Positions 42,319 to 51,250 of a stretch of DNA of 64,000 nt are shown piece by piece. How positions within the stretch are numbered: position 1 is the first letter of the stretch; each line of letters begins with the position of its first letter. The notes below the pieces were generated by a model. It had not been told where the DNA came from. It did not search any database and saw nothing but the letters and a program-made list of their open reading frames with translations. Source of the stretch: Reclinomonas americana ATCC 50394 (Eukaryota). Position numbers and translations under genes: made by a program. The stretch covers positions 1,488,001 through 1,552,000 of the forward strand of contig PS015010.1 of the NCBI GenBank assembly GCA_048213135.1. The letters are read 5' to 3'.

Positions 42319-43146
42319 TCAGCGGCTGACAGCCCCAACGCCCCATCCCCATTTTAAAAAGTCAGGGAAAGCCTCTGCCCAGGTGGGCACATCGTGCTTA
42401 CCATCGGGTAATTGCACAAAGCGGATGTCTTTATCCCTGTCGTAACCTTTATCTTCCAGTTCGTCGATCAGGGCCATGGTATCGTCAATAGAATCGATAA
42501 CACCATTATTATTACGGTCGGCGATCTCGTCAAGGGTACCTACTTCAAAAAAGAAGCTCAGCCAGGGCGCATATTCGCCTTCCCTTACCTGGCGGTGCAT
42601 GATGCGGTCGGTATTTTCATTGAAATCGGCATCGTCCTGATCTTTGTCACGCCACCACAATGACCCGCTGAAAACCCCCGCTTTGGAAAATTCGATGGCA
42701 TGGTTCCAAACGATATCCAGTGCGCAAAGCCCGCCCAGTGAAAAGCCGGCGAAAGCCTTTTCGCGGAAAGAGATCACATTGTAAGACTTTCGGATGAAAG
42801 GCAGCAGTTCCTCAAAAACAAAACGATTATATAACGCGGCCTTGGCACCCCGGCCTTTATAATCCAGTATCTTGGCTGTGCCGTATTCGTTTTTACGATC
42901 TGTAGAACAGTGAATGCCCACGCAGAACAGCGGGCGGATAGCATTGGTTTCGTAAAGTTCATTGAGAATGCTGTCGAATGACATGGTCACCAGGTCCTGC
43001 CCGTCGTTAATGAGCAGCAGGGATACCTCCGATGGCGACACCGGCCGGTCGGGCAGGTAACAGTCCACTTTTACTTCTCTCTGCAGGTATTCCGATTCAA
43101 TAATATGGTTGTCGACCATCACCCCCGTAGTTCTCTCCTTAGACAT
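42319..43146 (-). CDS. putative esterase (alpha/beta hydrolase)
   Basis: LLINDGQD, GFSLGG nucleophile elbow, GKHD. Confidence 0.88.
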   Translation of the reverse strand: MSKERTTGVMVDNHIIESEYLQREVKVDCYLPDRPVSPSEVSLLLINDGQDLVTMSFDSILNELYETNAIRPLFCVGIHCSTDRKNEYGTAKILDYKGRGAKAALYNRFVFEELLPFIRKSYNVISFREKAFAGFSLGGLCALDIVWNHAIEFSKAGVFSGSLWWRDKDQDDADFNENTDRIMHRQVREGEYAPWLSFFFEVGTLDEIADRNNNGVIDSIDDTMALIDELEDKGYDRDKDIRFVQLPDGKHDVPTWAEAFPDFLKWGWGVGAVSR

Positions 43147-43306
43147 ATTCCAAAAATAAGGAAAGAACCGATATAAAACGGGGCTCAAAAGCGCATTTGT
43201 TCATTTAGCTGTTCAAGGAAAATAGAATTTGTTTTATTGAACGCGAAAAAATATATTTGGATAGATTTGAATACCTCACTTACGTATAAACTATAAACAC
43301 ATCATT

Positions 43307-44260
43307 ATGAAGAAAATTGGCGTATTATTCGGTAAAGAAAGAAGCTTCCCGGAGGCTTTCATTGAAAGGGTTAACAGTAAAAATGTGGCTGGTATTGTTG
43401 CAGAGCCGGTACGCATCGACAAAGTGATGCAGGGCGAGCCGAGTGGTTATGCCGTGATATTTGACCGTATCTCGCAGGATGTGCCTTTCTACCGTGCTTT
43501 CCTGAAGAACGCGGCGCTGTGTGGCACTACAGTTATCAATAACCCTTTCTGGTGGAGCGCCGATGAAAAATTCTTCAACAACTGCCTCGCCACCAAAATA
43601 GGTGTTCCTGTTCCCAAAACCGTGATCCTTCCTTCGCACCAGTTACCCGACGATACCAGCGCTGAATCTTTTTCCAACCTGGCTTACCCGCTCGACTGGG
43701 AAGGTATTTTCAGCTATATCGGTTTTCCGGCCTACATGAAACCCTTTGCCGGCGGTGGCTGGAAAAGCGTTTACCAGCTTAACAGCCTGGAAGAGTTCTT
43801 TGAAAAACATGCAGAGACCGAGCAACTGGTGATGATGCTGCAGGAAGAGATCAAATTTGAAGAATACTATCGTTGTTATTGCATTGGCGGTAAATACGTA
43901 CGCATCATGCCTTACGAACCCCGCAACCCGCATCACCTGAGGTATGTGGCCGATTTTCAGCCCAGCCCCGAACGTTACAAATTAATGGAAGACATTGTAC
44001 TCCGCATCTGCCATTACCTGGGTTATGATTTCAATACCGTTGAGCTGGCTGTACGCGATGGTGTTCCTTACGCGATCGACTTCTGCAACCCCGCTCCCGA
44101 TGCCGACGTAAACAGTGTTGGACAGGAGAACTTTGACTGGGTGGTAGAGACCGCCGCTACCTATGCTATTGAAAAAGCGATGGAGCATAAAGACGGGCAG
44201 GATAACCTTACCTGGGGTAAGTATATTTCCCGCAGCGCGGCTAAGGAGAAACTTTACTAA
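43307..44260 (+). CDS. RimK-like ATP-grasp protein
   Basis: VINNPFWWSADEKF, FPAYMKPFAGGGWK, LQEEI, IDFCNPAPD. Confidence 0.85.
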   Translation: MKKIGVLFGKERSFPEAFIERVNSKNVAGIVAEPVRIDKVMQGEPSGYAVIFDRISQDVPFYRAFLKNAALCGTTVINNPFWWSADEKFFNNCLATKIGVPVPKTVILPSHQLPDDTSAESFSNLAYPLDWEGIFSYIGFPAYMKPFAGGGWKSVYQLNSLEEFFEKHAETEQLVMMLQEEIKFEEYYRCYCIGGKYVRIMPYEPRNPHHLRYVADFQPSPERYKLMEDIVLRICHYLGYDFNTVELAVRDGVPYAIDFCNPAPDADVNSVGQENFDWVVETAATYAIEKAMEHKDGQDNLTWGKYISRSAAKEKLY

Positions 44261-44346
44261 TATCTCGGGAAACCATCCCGGAAACTATTTGCCAAAACAA
44301 GCCGGGGCTGTAATTGCGCAGCCCCGATCATTAAACCGATAAGCGT

Positions 44347-45459
44347 ATGGGGAATTTATCTTACAAACATTTCACGCTGGGCGTGGAAGAAGAATACATG
44401 GTGATTGACCCGGAAACCCGGGAGTTGAAGAGTCACGAACAGAAGATCGTACACGAAGGGCATAAAGTGATCAAGGATAAAGTAAAAGCGGAAATGCATC
44501 AGGCCGTGGTAGAGGTAGGTACCGATATCTGCCAGGATATTGATGAAGCCTTTGCCGATGTGGCCACGCTCCGCAAAACCATCAGCACCATTGCCGGAGA
44601 CCTGGGTCTTTGGATAGGTGCTTCGGGCACCCATCCTTTCAGCCACTGGGAAAGCCAGCTCATTACCGATCATGCCCGTTACAGCGAAATTGTGAATGAA
44701 CTGCAGGAAGCAGCCCGCAGCAATCTTATCTTCGGTCTGCACGTACATGTAGGCATGGAAAACCGCGAAATGGCCATTCATATCGCCAACAGCGCCCGTT
44801 ATTTCCTGCCGCATATTTATGCCCTCAGTACCAATTCCCCTTTCTGGGAAGGCCGCAAAACCGGGTATAAATCGTTCCGCACCAAGGTTTTTGACAAATT
44901 CCCCCGTACCGGTATACCCGACTTTTTCGAAAGCATCGAGGCACACGATAATTATGTGAAGCTGCTCGTAAAGACCAACTGTATCGATAATGCCAAAAAG
45001 ATATGGTGGGATCTGCGTGTACATCCTTTCTTCAATACCGTGGAATTCAGGATCTGCGATATTCCGATGACCGTTGAGGAAACGATCACCATTGCGGCTC
45101 TTTTCCAGGCCATTTGCGCCAAACTATATAAACTGCGCAGCCAGAACCTCAATTTCATGATGTATTCCAGGGCTTTGCTGAACGAAAATAAATGGAGGGC
45201 CAGCCGGTATGGCATTGATGGTAACCTGATCGATTTTGGCAAGGAGTCTGAAGTGAATACCCGGGTACTCATTTATGAACTGCTCGATTTTATTGATGAT
45301 GTGGTGCCTTTACTGGGCAGCCGTCATATGATCAGCAATGTGCATAAAATGCTGGAACAGGGCACTGGTGCGGACAGGCAATTGAAAGTGTATGAAGAAA
45401 CCGGCAGTTTACCAGCCGTAGTAGACTATATTCATAACAGTTTTTTAGCCGGTCTTTAA
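44347..45459 (+). CDS. ybdK: carboxylate-amine ligase (GCS2 family)
   Basis: FTLGVEEEY, SGTHPF, FGLHVHVG, LSTNSPFW, WWDLR.HP.F.TVEFRICD. Confidence 0.92.
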   Translation: MGNLSYKHFTLGVEEEYMVIDPETRELKSHEQKIVHEGHKVIKDKVKAEMHQAVVEVGTDICQDIDEAFADVATLRKTISTIAGDLGLWIGASGTHPFSHWESQLITDHARYSEIVNELQEAARSNLIFGLHVHVGMENREMAIHIANSARYFLPHIYALSTNSPFWEGRKTGYKSFRTKVFDKFPRTGIPDFFESIEAHDNYVKLLVKTNCIDNAKKIWWDLRVHPFFNTVEFRICDIPMTVEETITIAALFQAICAKLYKLRSQNLNFMMYSRALLNENKWRASRYGIDGNLIDFGKESEVNTRVLIYELLDFIDDVVPLLGSRHMISNVHKMLEQGTGADRQLKVYEETGSLPAVVDYIHNSFLAGL

Positions 45460-45479
45460 TTTTTCAGGCAAAAATTCCT

Positions 45480-45487
45480 TATCTTTG
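45480..45487 (+). promoter_or_regulatory. Bacteroidota -7 promoter element for the tRNA-Arg locus
   Basis: TATCTTTG 19 nt before the first tRNA-like copy. Confidence 0.7.
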
Positions 45488-45506
45488 CCGTCCTGTAAAA
45501 CGGAAT

Positions 45507-45688
45507 GGCTGCGTAGCTCAACTGAATAGAGCACCCCGACACAGATGTCGGGGAGGTTTCAGGTAAAAATCCTGACGCGGGCAACTTTGAAAATAATGGC
45601 TGCGTAGCTCAACTGAATAGAGCACCCCGACACAGATGTCGGGGAGGTTTCAGGTAAAAATCCTGACGCGGGCAACTTTGAAAATAAT
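45507..45688 (+). repeat. two identical 91-bp tandem tRNA-Arg-derived units (tRNA mimics)
   Basis: Units start at 45507 and 45598; the real tRNA starts at 45689 in the same period. Anticodon arm replaced by ccccgac-acagat-gtcgggg. Confidence 0.92.
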
Positions 45689-46119
<431 letters not shown>

Positions 46120-46160
46120 ATGTTTATTTATACATCTCCTTACCAGATCAGGCAGTGGTA

Positions 46161-47582
46161 TCACGTATCAATCCCAAGCTGCCTGAATATCTCCCTCAGA
46201 TCAGGCCGGTTGCCAATACGCTGGCTCGCAGGCCGTCCTGGCGTACTTTGTTGCTGGCCGCCTGTATTGCGAAACAATTGCACAGCTTTTGCCGGTGTAA
46301 GCAGGGGCATCCCTTTTGCTTTTAAACGTCCCTGGATACATCCCAGAACACCTACAATGATTGGAGAAGCACTGGATGTTCCTGAAAAAGTATCCGTATA
46401 CCAGCAATCCTCAGTATCCCCGCCCTGGAGATTTCCATATCCGCATGTTGTCACCTCTCTCCCCCATCCCTGTATATCTACCCTTGATCCCCAGTTTGAA
46501 AAATCAAGCCGGCTGCGGTCCGTTCCATGATTACTTCCATGCGTACCGGGCGGCGGGGCTCCCGCACCAACGAGAATGGCACCACTTTGCGGATTGGCCA
46601 TATTAAATGGATTTGTCCATGATTGAGGAAAACCGGTAGCCGGGCTGTTGTATAATGGGCTGTCGAGATCTTCCGCGCCATTCCCTGCTGCCTCTACCAC
46701 AAGTATGCCGCGTGAAACAGCATATTTTATCGCCGCGAAATTATCAGGCCACCATTCAACCGGGATATAGCCTCTCTGATCATTACGGTTTTTGAATCCA
46801 AACCTGGGACCCGGGTAATGCAGTTCTATAAGAATGATATCTCCCGCATTCAGGGCATTCGCAGCCTTCCTTATCGCTTCTCCGGTATCCGACTTAGTTG
46901 CAGAAGTGAAAATAGAAATGGCCCTGGTATTGGCATCCGGGCAAATGCCGGTTATGCCAAAGCCGTTATCGTCACCTCCAAAAACACCAGCTACCGCAGT
47001 TCCATGGTTGCGCCATTCCAATGCACGGCTTTGAATGCCGCTTATCAGACCTCCCTGGTTCCTGATCAGGTCTTCATGTGTAAAATTCCATGCGCCTTCA
47101 ATATCGATGATGTTGATGTCCTTACCTTTTCCACCGGGTAGTTTCCAGGCAAATAAGGCATCAACTCCCCCGGGAGCGGGTAACAGGTATAACTGGCGGC
47201 TGGTAAAATCTGCTGTAACCGGCGGAGCAGGATCCGGTAAAGGTTCAAAATCATTAACCGCAGCAAAAGCCGGTTCCGGGGCGGGCTTGATATAGGCTGC
47301 CGCTAGTGCATTGGTTGCGAGTAACCGGTCGCGGAGATCTTCAAGATTTTCCTTTGTAACGATCTTATAAAAACTATCCAACGGGGAAACCGCTGCAGGC
47401 AGTGCTTCCAGTTGCGGACTACGCAAGGAAGCTGCCCGCTCACCAAACAACTTTTCTACGACAAGGCTTTCCGATGATAATATCTGCCGGAGCAAACCCA
47501 TGGCGCTATCGCCGGCGAGCGGCACTCCTACTGCTTCTGTCTCGGCCCGCATTACATTATTTTCATCACCTGGATGGAACAT
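46161..47582 (-). CDS. S8 (subtilisin-like) serine peptidase; start uncertain
   Basis: Triad motifs IIDIEGAW, NHGTAVAG, FSGTSSASP; VVEAAGNG; no signal peptide. Confidence 0.9.
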   Translation of the reverse strand: MFHPGDENNVMRAETEAVGVPLAGDSAMGLLRQILSSESLVVEKLFGERAASLRSPQLEALPAAVSPLDSFYKIVTKENLEDLRDRLLATNALAAAYIKPAPEPAFAAVNDFEPLPDPAPPVTADFTSRQLYLLPAPGGVDALFAWKLPGGKGKDINIIDIEGAWNFTHEDLIRNQGGLISGIQSRALEWRNHGTAVAGVFGGDDNGFGITGICPDANTRAISIFTSATKSDTGEAIRKAANALNAGDIILIELHYPGPRFGFKNRNDQRGYIPVEWWPDNFAAIKYAVSRGILVVEAAGNGAEDLDSPLYNSPATGFPQSWTNPFNMANPQSGAILVGAGAPPPGTHGSNHGTDRSRLDFSNWGSRVDIQGWGREVTTCGYGNLQGGDTEDCWYTDTFSGTSSASPIIVGVLGCIQGRLKAKGMPLLTPAKAVQLFRNTGGQQQSTPGRPASQRIGNRPDLREIFRQLGIDT

Positions 47583-47661
47583 AATGACCAGTTCTCTCCC
47601 GGCCTTTTGCTTTTTTTGTTTGTATTTTTTGCCATGGTGTGGGATTTTATATAGTGTACAG

Positions 47662-47958
47662 TTACCCGGGCAGCGCTTCCGGTGGTTTCCTGTAAAACCC
47701 TTCAAATAAAGAGTCCGATTGCAGCGCTTCAAGATCACCTGCTTCCAACTCTCCCGCTATCTGAACAGTGAAAAACCTTTTCATTAGCGGGTCTTTTATC
47801 CCGGGGAAAAGCGGCTCCAGTTTAATGTTGCCTTCCTTTATATATTTCATTAATACCTGCGATGCGGGTAATTGCTCCGCGGGTATGGACGAGATGTCAT
47901 CATTATGCCGGCCCATCAGTTCACTGAACTCGTCTGTAATAAGCGCATGATAATTCAT
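47662..47958 (-). CDS. 98-aa protein resembling a stand-alone S8 pro-domain
   Basis: LEPLFPG...RFFTV...LEALQSDSLFEGFYRKPPEALP parallels VEKLFGE...SFYKI...LLATNALAAAYIKPAPEP in the adjacent protease. Confidence 0.6.
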   Translation of the reverse strand: MNYHALITDEFSELMGRHNDDISSIPAEQLPASQVLMKYIKEGNIKLEPLFPGIKDPLMKRFFTVQIAGELEAGDLEALQSDSLFEGFYRKPPEALPG

Positions 47959-47974
47959 ACTGGTAAAGTATCTG

Positions 47975-48631
47975 TTATTGAGCCTGTATAACCGGTCTTG
48001 ATACACCATACAGCAGTATATCCTGCTCCTTTCTCCCGGTAAGTGTAATGCTGTTGACAACTACTTTAACGAGAAAATAGTACTTACCCGGCGGCGACTG
48101 GTAGTAAGTATAAATACCTCTTGCGTCTGTAAGGAACGAATCTATAGCACCGGCGGTATAACTGTTGTCGAAATAGGTCTTATTAATGAACCGGTAAATT
48201 TTCACATTATTGAATGGTGAATTGAACTGATCGGTGACCCGGGCCACGGTAATGTTGATCTTTGTGCTGTCTGGCGCAATCACAAGTTTATTGTCTTTTT
48301 CTTTTTCCGTGTTCAATACTACATAACCGGCAAAGGGTACCAAGGAAATAACACTTTCGTGAAATATCTCGTAATCGGTTTTTTCCTTAAGATTACTGAA
48401 AGCGAATCTTCCATCATCATCTGTTGTTGTGGAATAAAGGAAGGAATTAGCGTTCCCTTTCACACGGATCTTAACAGTGGCAGCTTTCAGCGGAACAGAA
48501 TCCCCGCTTTGAGAAAAAGGGTCTGTTTTCAATGCCACACCTTCCAGTTTTTTATTCTCTCCAAGATCGCCGAAGTCTTTCGAACATGCCGCGATAAGCA
48601 GCACAAGGGTAAAGAAGATTAAATGCTTCAT
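47975..48631 (-). CDS. lipoprotein with carboxypeptidase-regulatory-like (Ig-like) domains
   Basis: Lipobox LIAAC; TTTDDDGRFAFSNL and TDARGIY motifs. Confidence 0.8.
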   Translation of the reverse strand: MKHLIFFTLVLLIAACSKDFGDLGENKKLEGVALKTDPFSQSGDSVPLKAATVKIRVKGNANSFLYSTTTDDDGRFAFSNLKEKTDYEIFHESVISLVPFAGYVVLNTEKEKDNKLVIAPDSTKINITVARVTDQFNSPFNNVKIYRFINKTYFDNSYTAGAIDSFLTDARGIYTYYQSPPGKYYFLVKVVVNSITLTGRKEQDILLYGVSRPVIQAQ

Positions 48632-48641
48632 ACTGTATATT

Positions 48642-50948
48642 TTATTTCCCGATGAACAATAATATTTTAACCAGCACTTCAGGATCCACATTAAAGGATA
48701 TGAATGGAAAGGCGGCCCTGTAATTGGTGCTGGATTTCTCCACCCGGTTGTTGACGATGGTATATTTTTTTGAATTATAAAAATGCACCCCGCTTGAAAT
48801 ATTGAAACCGGGAACCAGGTCTACACCGGCGCCTGCATAAACATTATTCAGTGGATTTTTATCCAGTTGAAAGCCTGTATAAATGCTCAGGCGTTGGGTA
48901 ATGTTGCCATATTTGGGTTTTGTAAAAAATCTTTTATCACTCAACCAGAGGCCTTTCCGGAAAGGATAGAAATGCATTCCGAATACATACTGCTGTCTTT
49001 TCTCGTTATTGCTGATACCTGATACAACACCGTTCTGCTCCGTCACCGTTGTCTGCCAAACATTATTGGCAGTATAAGCTATGCCTGCGGAAATAACCAC
49101 ATGCCTTCTTTTCCCGACATTAAATGTGGTAACATCTACTGTATCGGATTTTGATGTTTCGCATAATTTGTTCTTTTTAGAATCAACAACTGTAATGGCA
49201 TAGGTATATTCAACCGGTGCCGACTTCTTTTCCATATCCAGCAGTTCTGACCGGTAACGGGGTTCTGCATCCAGCCGTTCCGTGAGCATCAATGGAGGAA
49301 CAAGCCCGCCAAATATGGTCCTGTTCCTGTTGTACAGGTATATCTGTGCATACAATTCAGCTACTTCACTGGAATTGAATGGTATCATTGAATCCCTTTC
49401 GTTTTGCGGGCAACAATCGCTGTTATCCCCTATCGTATGCATCATATGGCTTACCTCCCCGGATGGAACACCAGGACCTCCCCCCGCAGGTATAGTGGTT
49501 ACTGGTATATTAAGAAGACTGCTGAAAAGATTCCTTACAGATATAAGCCCATCAATAAGCGGAGATATGGTACTGTTGAAAAATGATTTCTCATTAAAAG
49601 GCTTGGTACTCACTTTTACTTTTACCTGGATATTGGACGGTATATTATGTCCCGCCAACCGTATCTGATAATCATCAGGATATACCGATTCAAAATCCTT
49701 TTTACTGATCATTGGCTGCGCAGCGAAATTGTAATTCCTGATCTCTCCGTCACCCGGCGCTATACGATTCTGCAAAAATGACCGTGTGATCACATTTCTC
49801 ACCGTTACCAGCTCATTATACCTGATCATATTCTGAGCACGGCTTTCCCCGTCAATTCTGAGTAAAGGGAATTCCGGGTAAAAGTCATCTTCTGTAAATG
49901 AGAACATATTGAAAAAATAGTCCCCGCTATTCACCCAGAAAATATCATGCAACCACTGTTTGGCCGGGTCATTGTTTTTAAAGAAAGAAAAAAGCAGGCA
50001 ATTGATATTCCGAAGAAGGCAGGTGAGTGTTTTCACACGGCAGTAGTTCAGTTCCATACAGCAATACCGGTCTATGTTACAGTTTTTTGCCATAGGATAG
50101 TATAACTGCACTTCATTTATTAACTCTCCGGCATCGCTGGATTTTATCTTATCCTCAAAGTCCACGAGCAGGGGTTGGTATTTCTGAATGGCTGCCCTTA
50201 TCCTTCCTGAGACATCTTTGTATTTGTCCTGTATATAATTGTGATAACGAAGCAGGAAATCTTTCATAACATCCCGCTTGATCACCCGGAAATGGATATC
50301 CTTGCTAAAATCGAGGGGCAATATTTTTTTATTTTTCGAAGCTGTATCCAAACCATTGCCCCAGTCAAAATCGCTCCAGTCACCCCCTTTCTTATACTGA
50401 AGCGTATACATACTTTTCCCGATGACATCCTGAAACAGGTCATAAATTTCAGAAGCCCTATTCTTCCGCTCAGGCATTTTTTTATTTTTCTTCAAATACT
50501 GTAAAATACCGAGTATAGATTCCAGGCTGTTGCCTACATTATCATCCAGGGAGGCAAAGGGCAGTACATCGGCGCTGGTTTTTGCATACTCCTTTATCTC
50601 TTTCCAATCATTCTGCTCTGCCTTATATTTCACTTGTGCCGCCTGTGTCTTTTCTATGAGAATCTGCAACACTTCCATCAGGTAGGCTGTATCATTTTCC
50701 ACCATTACATGAATTTTCTCGTCTCCGGTTTTTAATACAAAGTCCGGGTTCAGAATGATCCCTTTCTCTGATATTCTTATTATTATGGTTTTGGAATCAC
50801 TGGAAGCCGTCGCGTCCGTCTTTTTATCGATGTTGAACGGGACCTCCTTTAAGAATATATTATCTGTTTGGGCATTTGTACGGCCGGGAATGAAGAGATA
50901 AAGTCCGCATGCGAAAAGTAGTTTCGATATCAGGGCGCTGGTTCTCAT
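48642..50948 (-). CDS. large exported hypothetical protein, C-terminal amphipathic beta region
   Basis: Signal peptide ending TNA-Q; helical N-half with Cys clusters; alternating beta pattern at the C-terminus. Confidence 0.75.
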   Translation of the reverse strand: MRTSALISKLLFACGLYLFIPGRTNAQTDNIFLKEVPFNIDKKTDATASSDSKTIIIRISEKGIILNPDFVLKTGDEKIHVMVENDTAYLMEVLQILIEKTQAAQVKYKAEQNDWKEIKEYAKTSADVLPFASLDDNVGNSLESILGILQYLKKNKKMPERKNRASEIYDLFQDVIGKSMYTLQYKKGGDWSDFDWGNGLDTASKNKKILPLDFSKDIHFRVIKRDVMKDFLLRYHNYIQDKYKDVSGRIRAAIQKYQPLLVDFEDKIKSSDAGELINEVQLYYPMAKNCNIDRYCCMELNYCRVKTLTCLLRNINCLLFSFFKNNDPAKQWLHDIFWVNSGDYFFNMFSFTEDDFYPEFPLLRIDGESRAQNMIRYNELVTVRNVITRSFLQNRIAPGDGEIRNYNFAAQPMISKKDFESVYPDDYQIRLAGHNIPSNIQVKVKVSTKPFNEKSFFNSTISPLIDGLISVRNLFSSLLNIPVTTIPAGGGPGVPSGEVSHMMHTIGDNSDCCPQNERDSMIPFNSSEVAELYAQIYLYNRNRTIFGGLVPPLMLTERLDAEPRYRSELLDMEKKSAPVEYTYAITVVDSKKNKLCETSKSDTVDVTTFNVGKRRHVVISAGIAYTANNVWQTTVTEQNGVVSGISNNEKRQQYVFGMHFYPFRKGLWLSDKRFFTKPKYGNITQRLSIYTGFQLDKNPLNNVYAGAGVDLVPGFNISSGVHFYNSKKYTIVNNRVEKSSTNYRAAFPFISFNVDPEVLVKILLFIGK

Positions 50949-51197
50949 AAAAGGGCTGTTTTGAATGATGGAAGGATAACCGGGTGTGAAAGTAAAAATG
51001 GTAATTTTCAGGCGGCAGGGTGTTTACACGGTATTTCACATCCGCATATAACCAGCGCACTTATCCTATGATCTTATCACGATTAAAGAAGCATTCTTTA
51101 CAATGCTTTACCGGAACACTTCTGCAACTCTGACACTGCTACAAAGATGCCAGCCAGCACACAAGGCGAACAAGGCAAGAGAGGTCATCTATGCCAT

Positions 51198-51232
51198 AAA
51201 AAATGGCCTGGTCACATTATGACCAGGCCATT
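51198..51232 (-). terminator. intrinsic terminator of the minus-strand operon
   Basis: 13-bp stem aatggcctggtca/tgaccaggccatt with a T-run on the minus strand. Confidence 0.85.
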
Positions 51233-51250
51233 CCTGTTTCTGAATTATAA

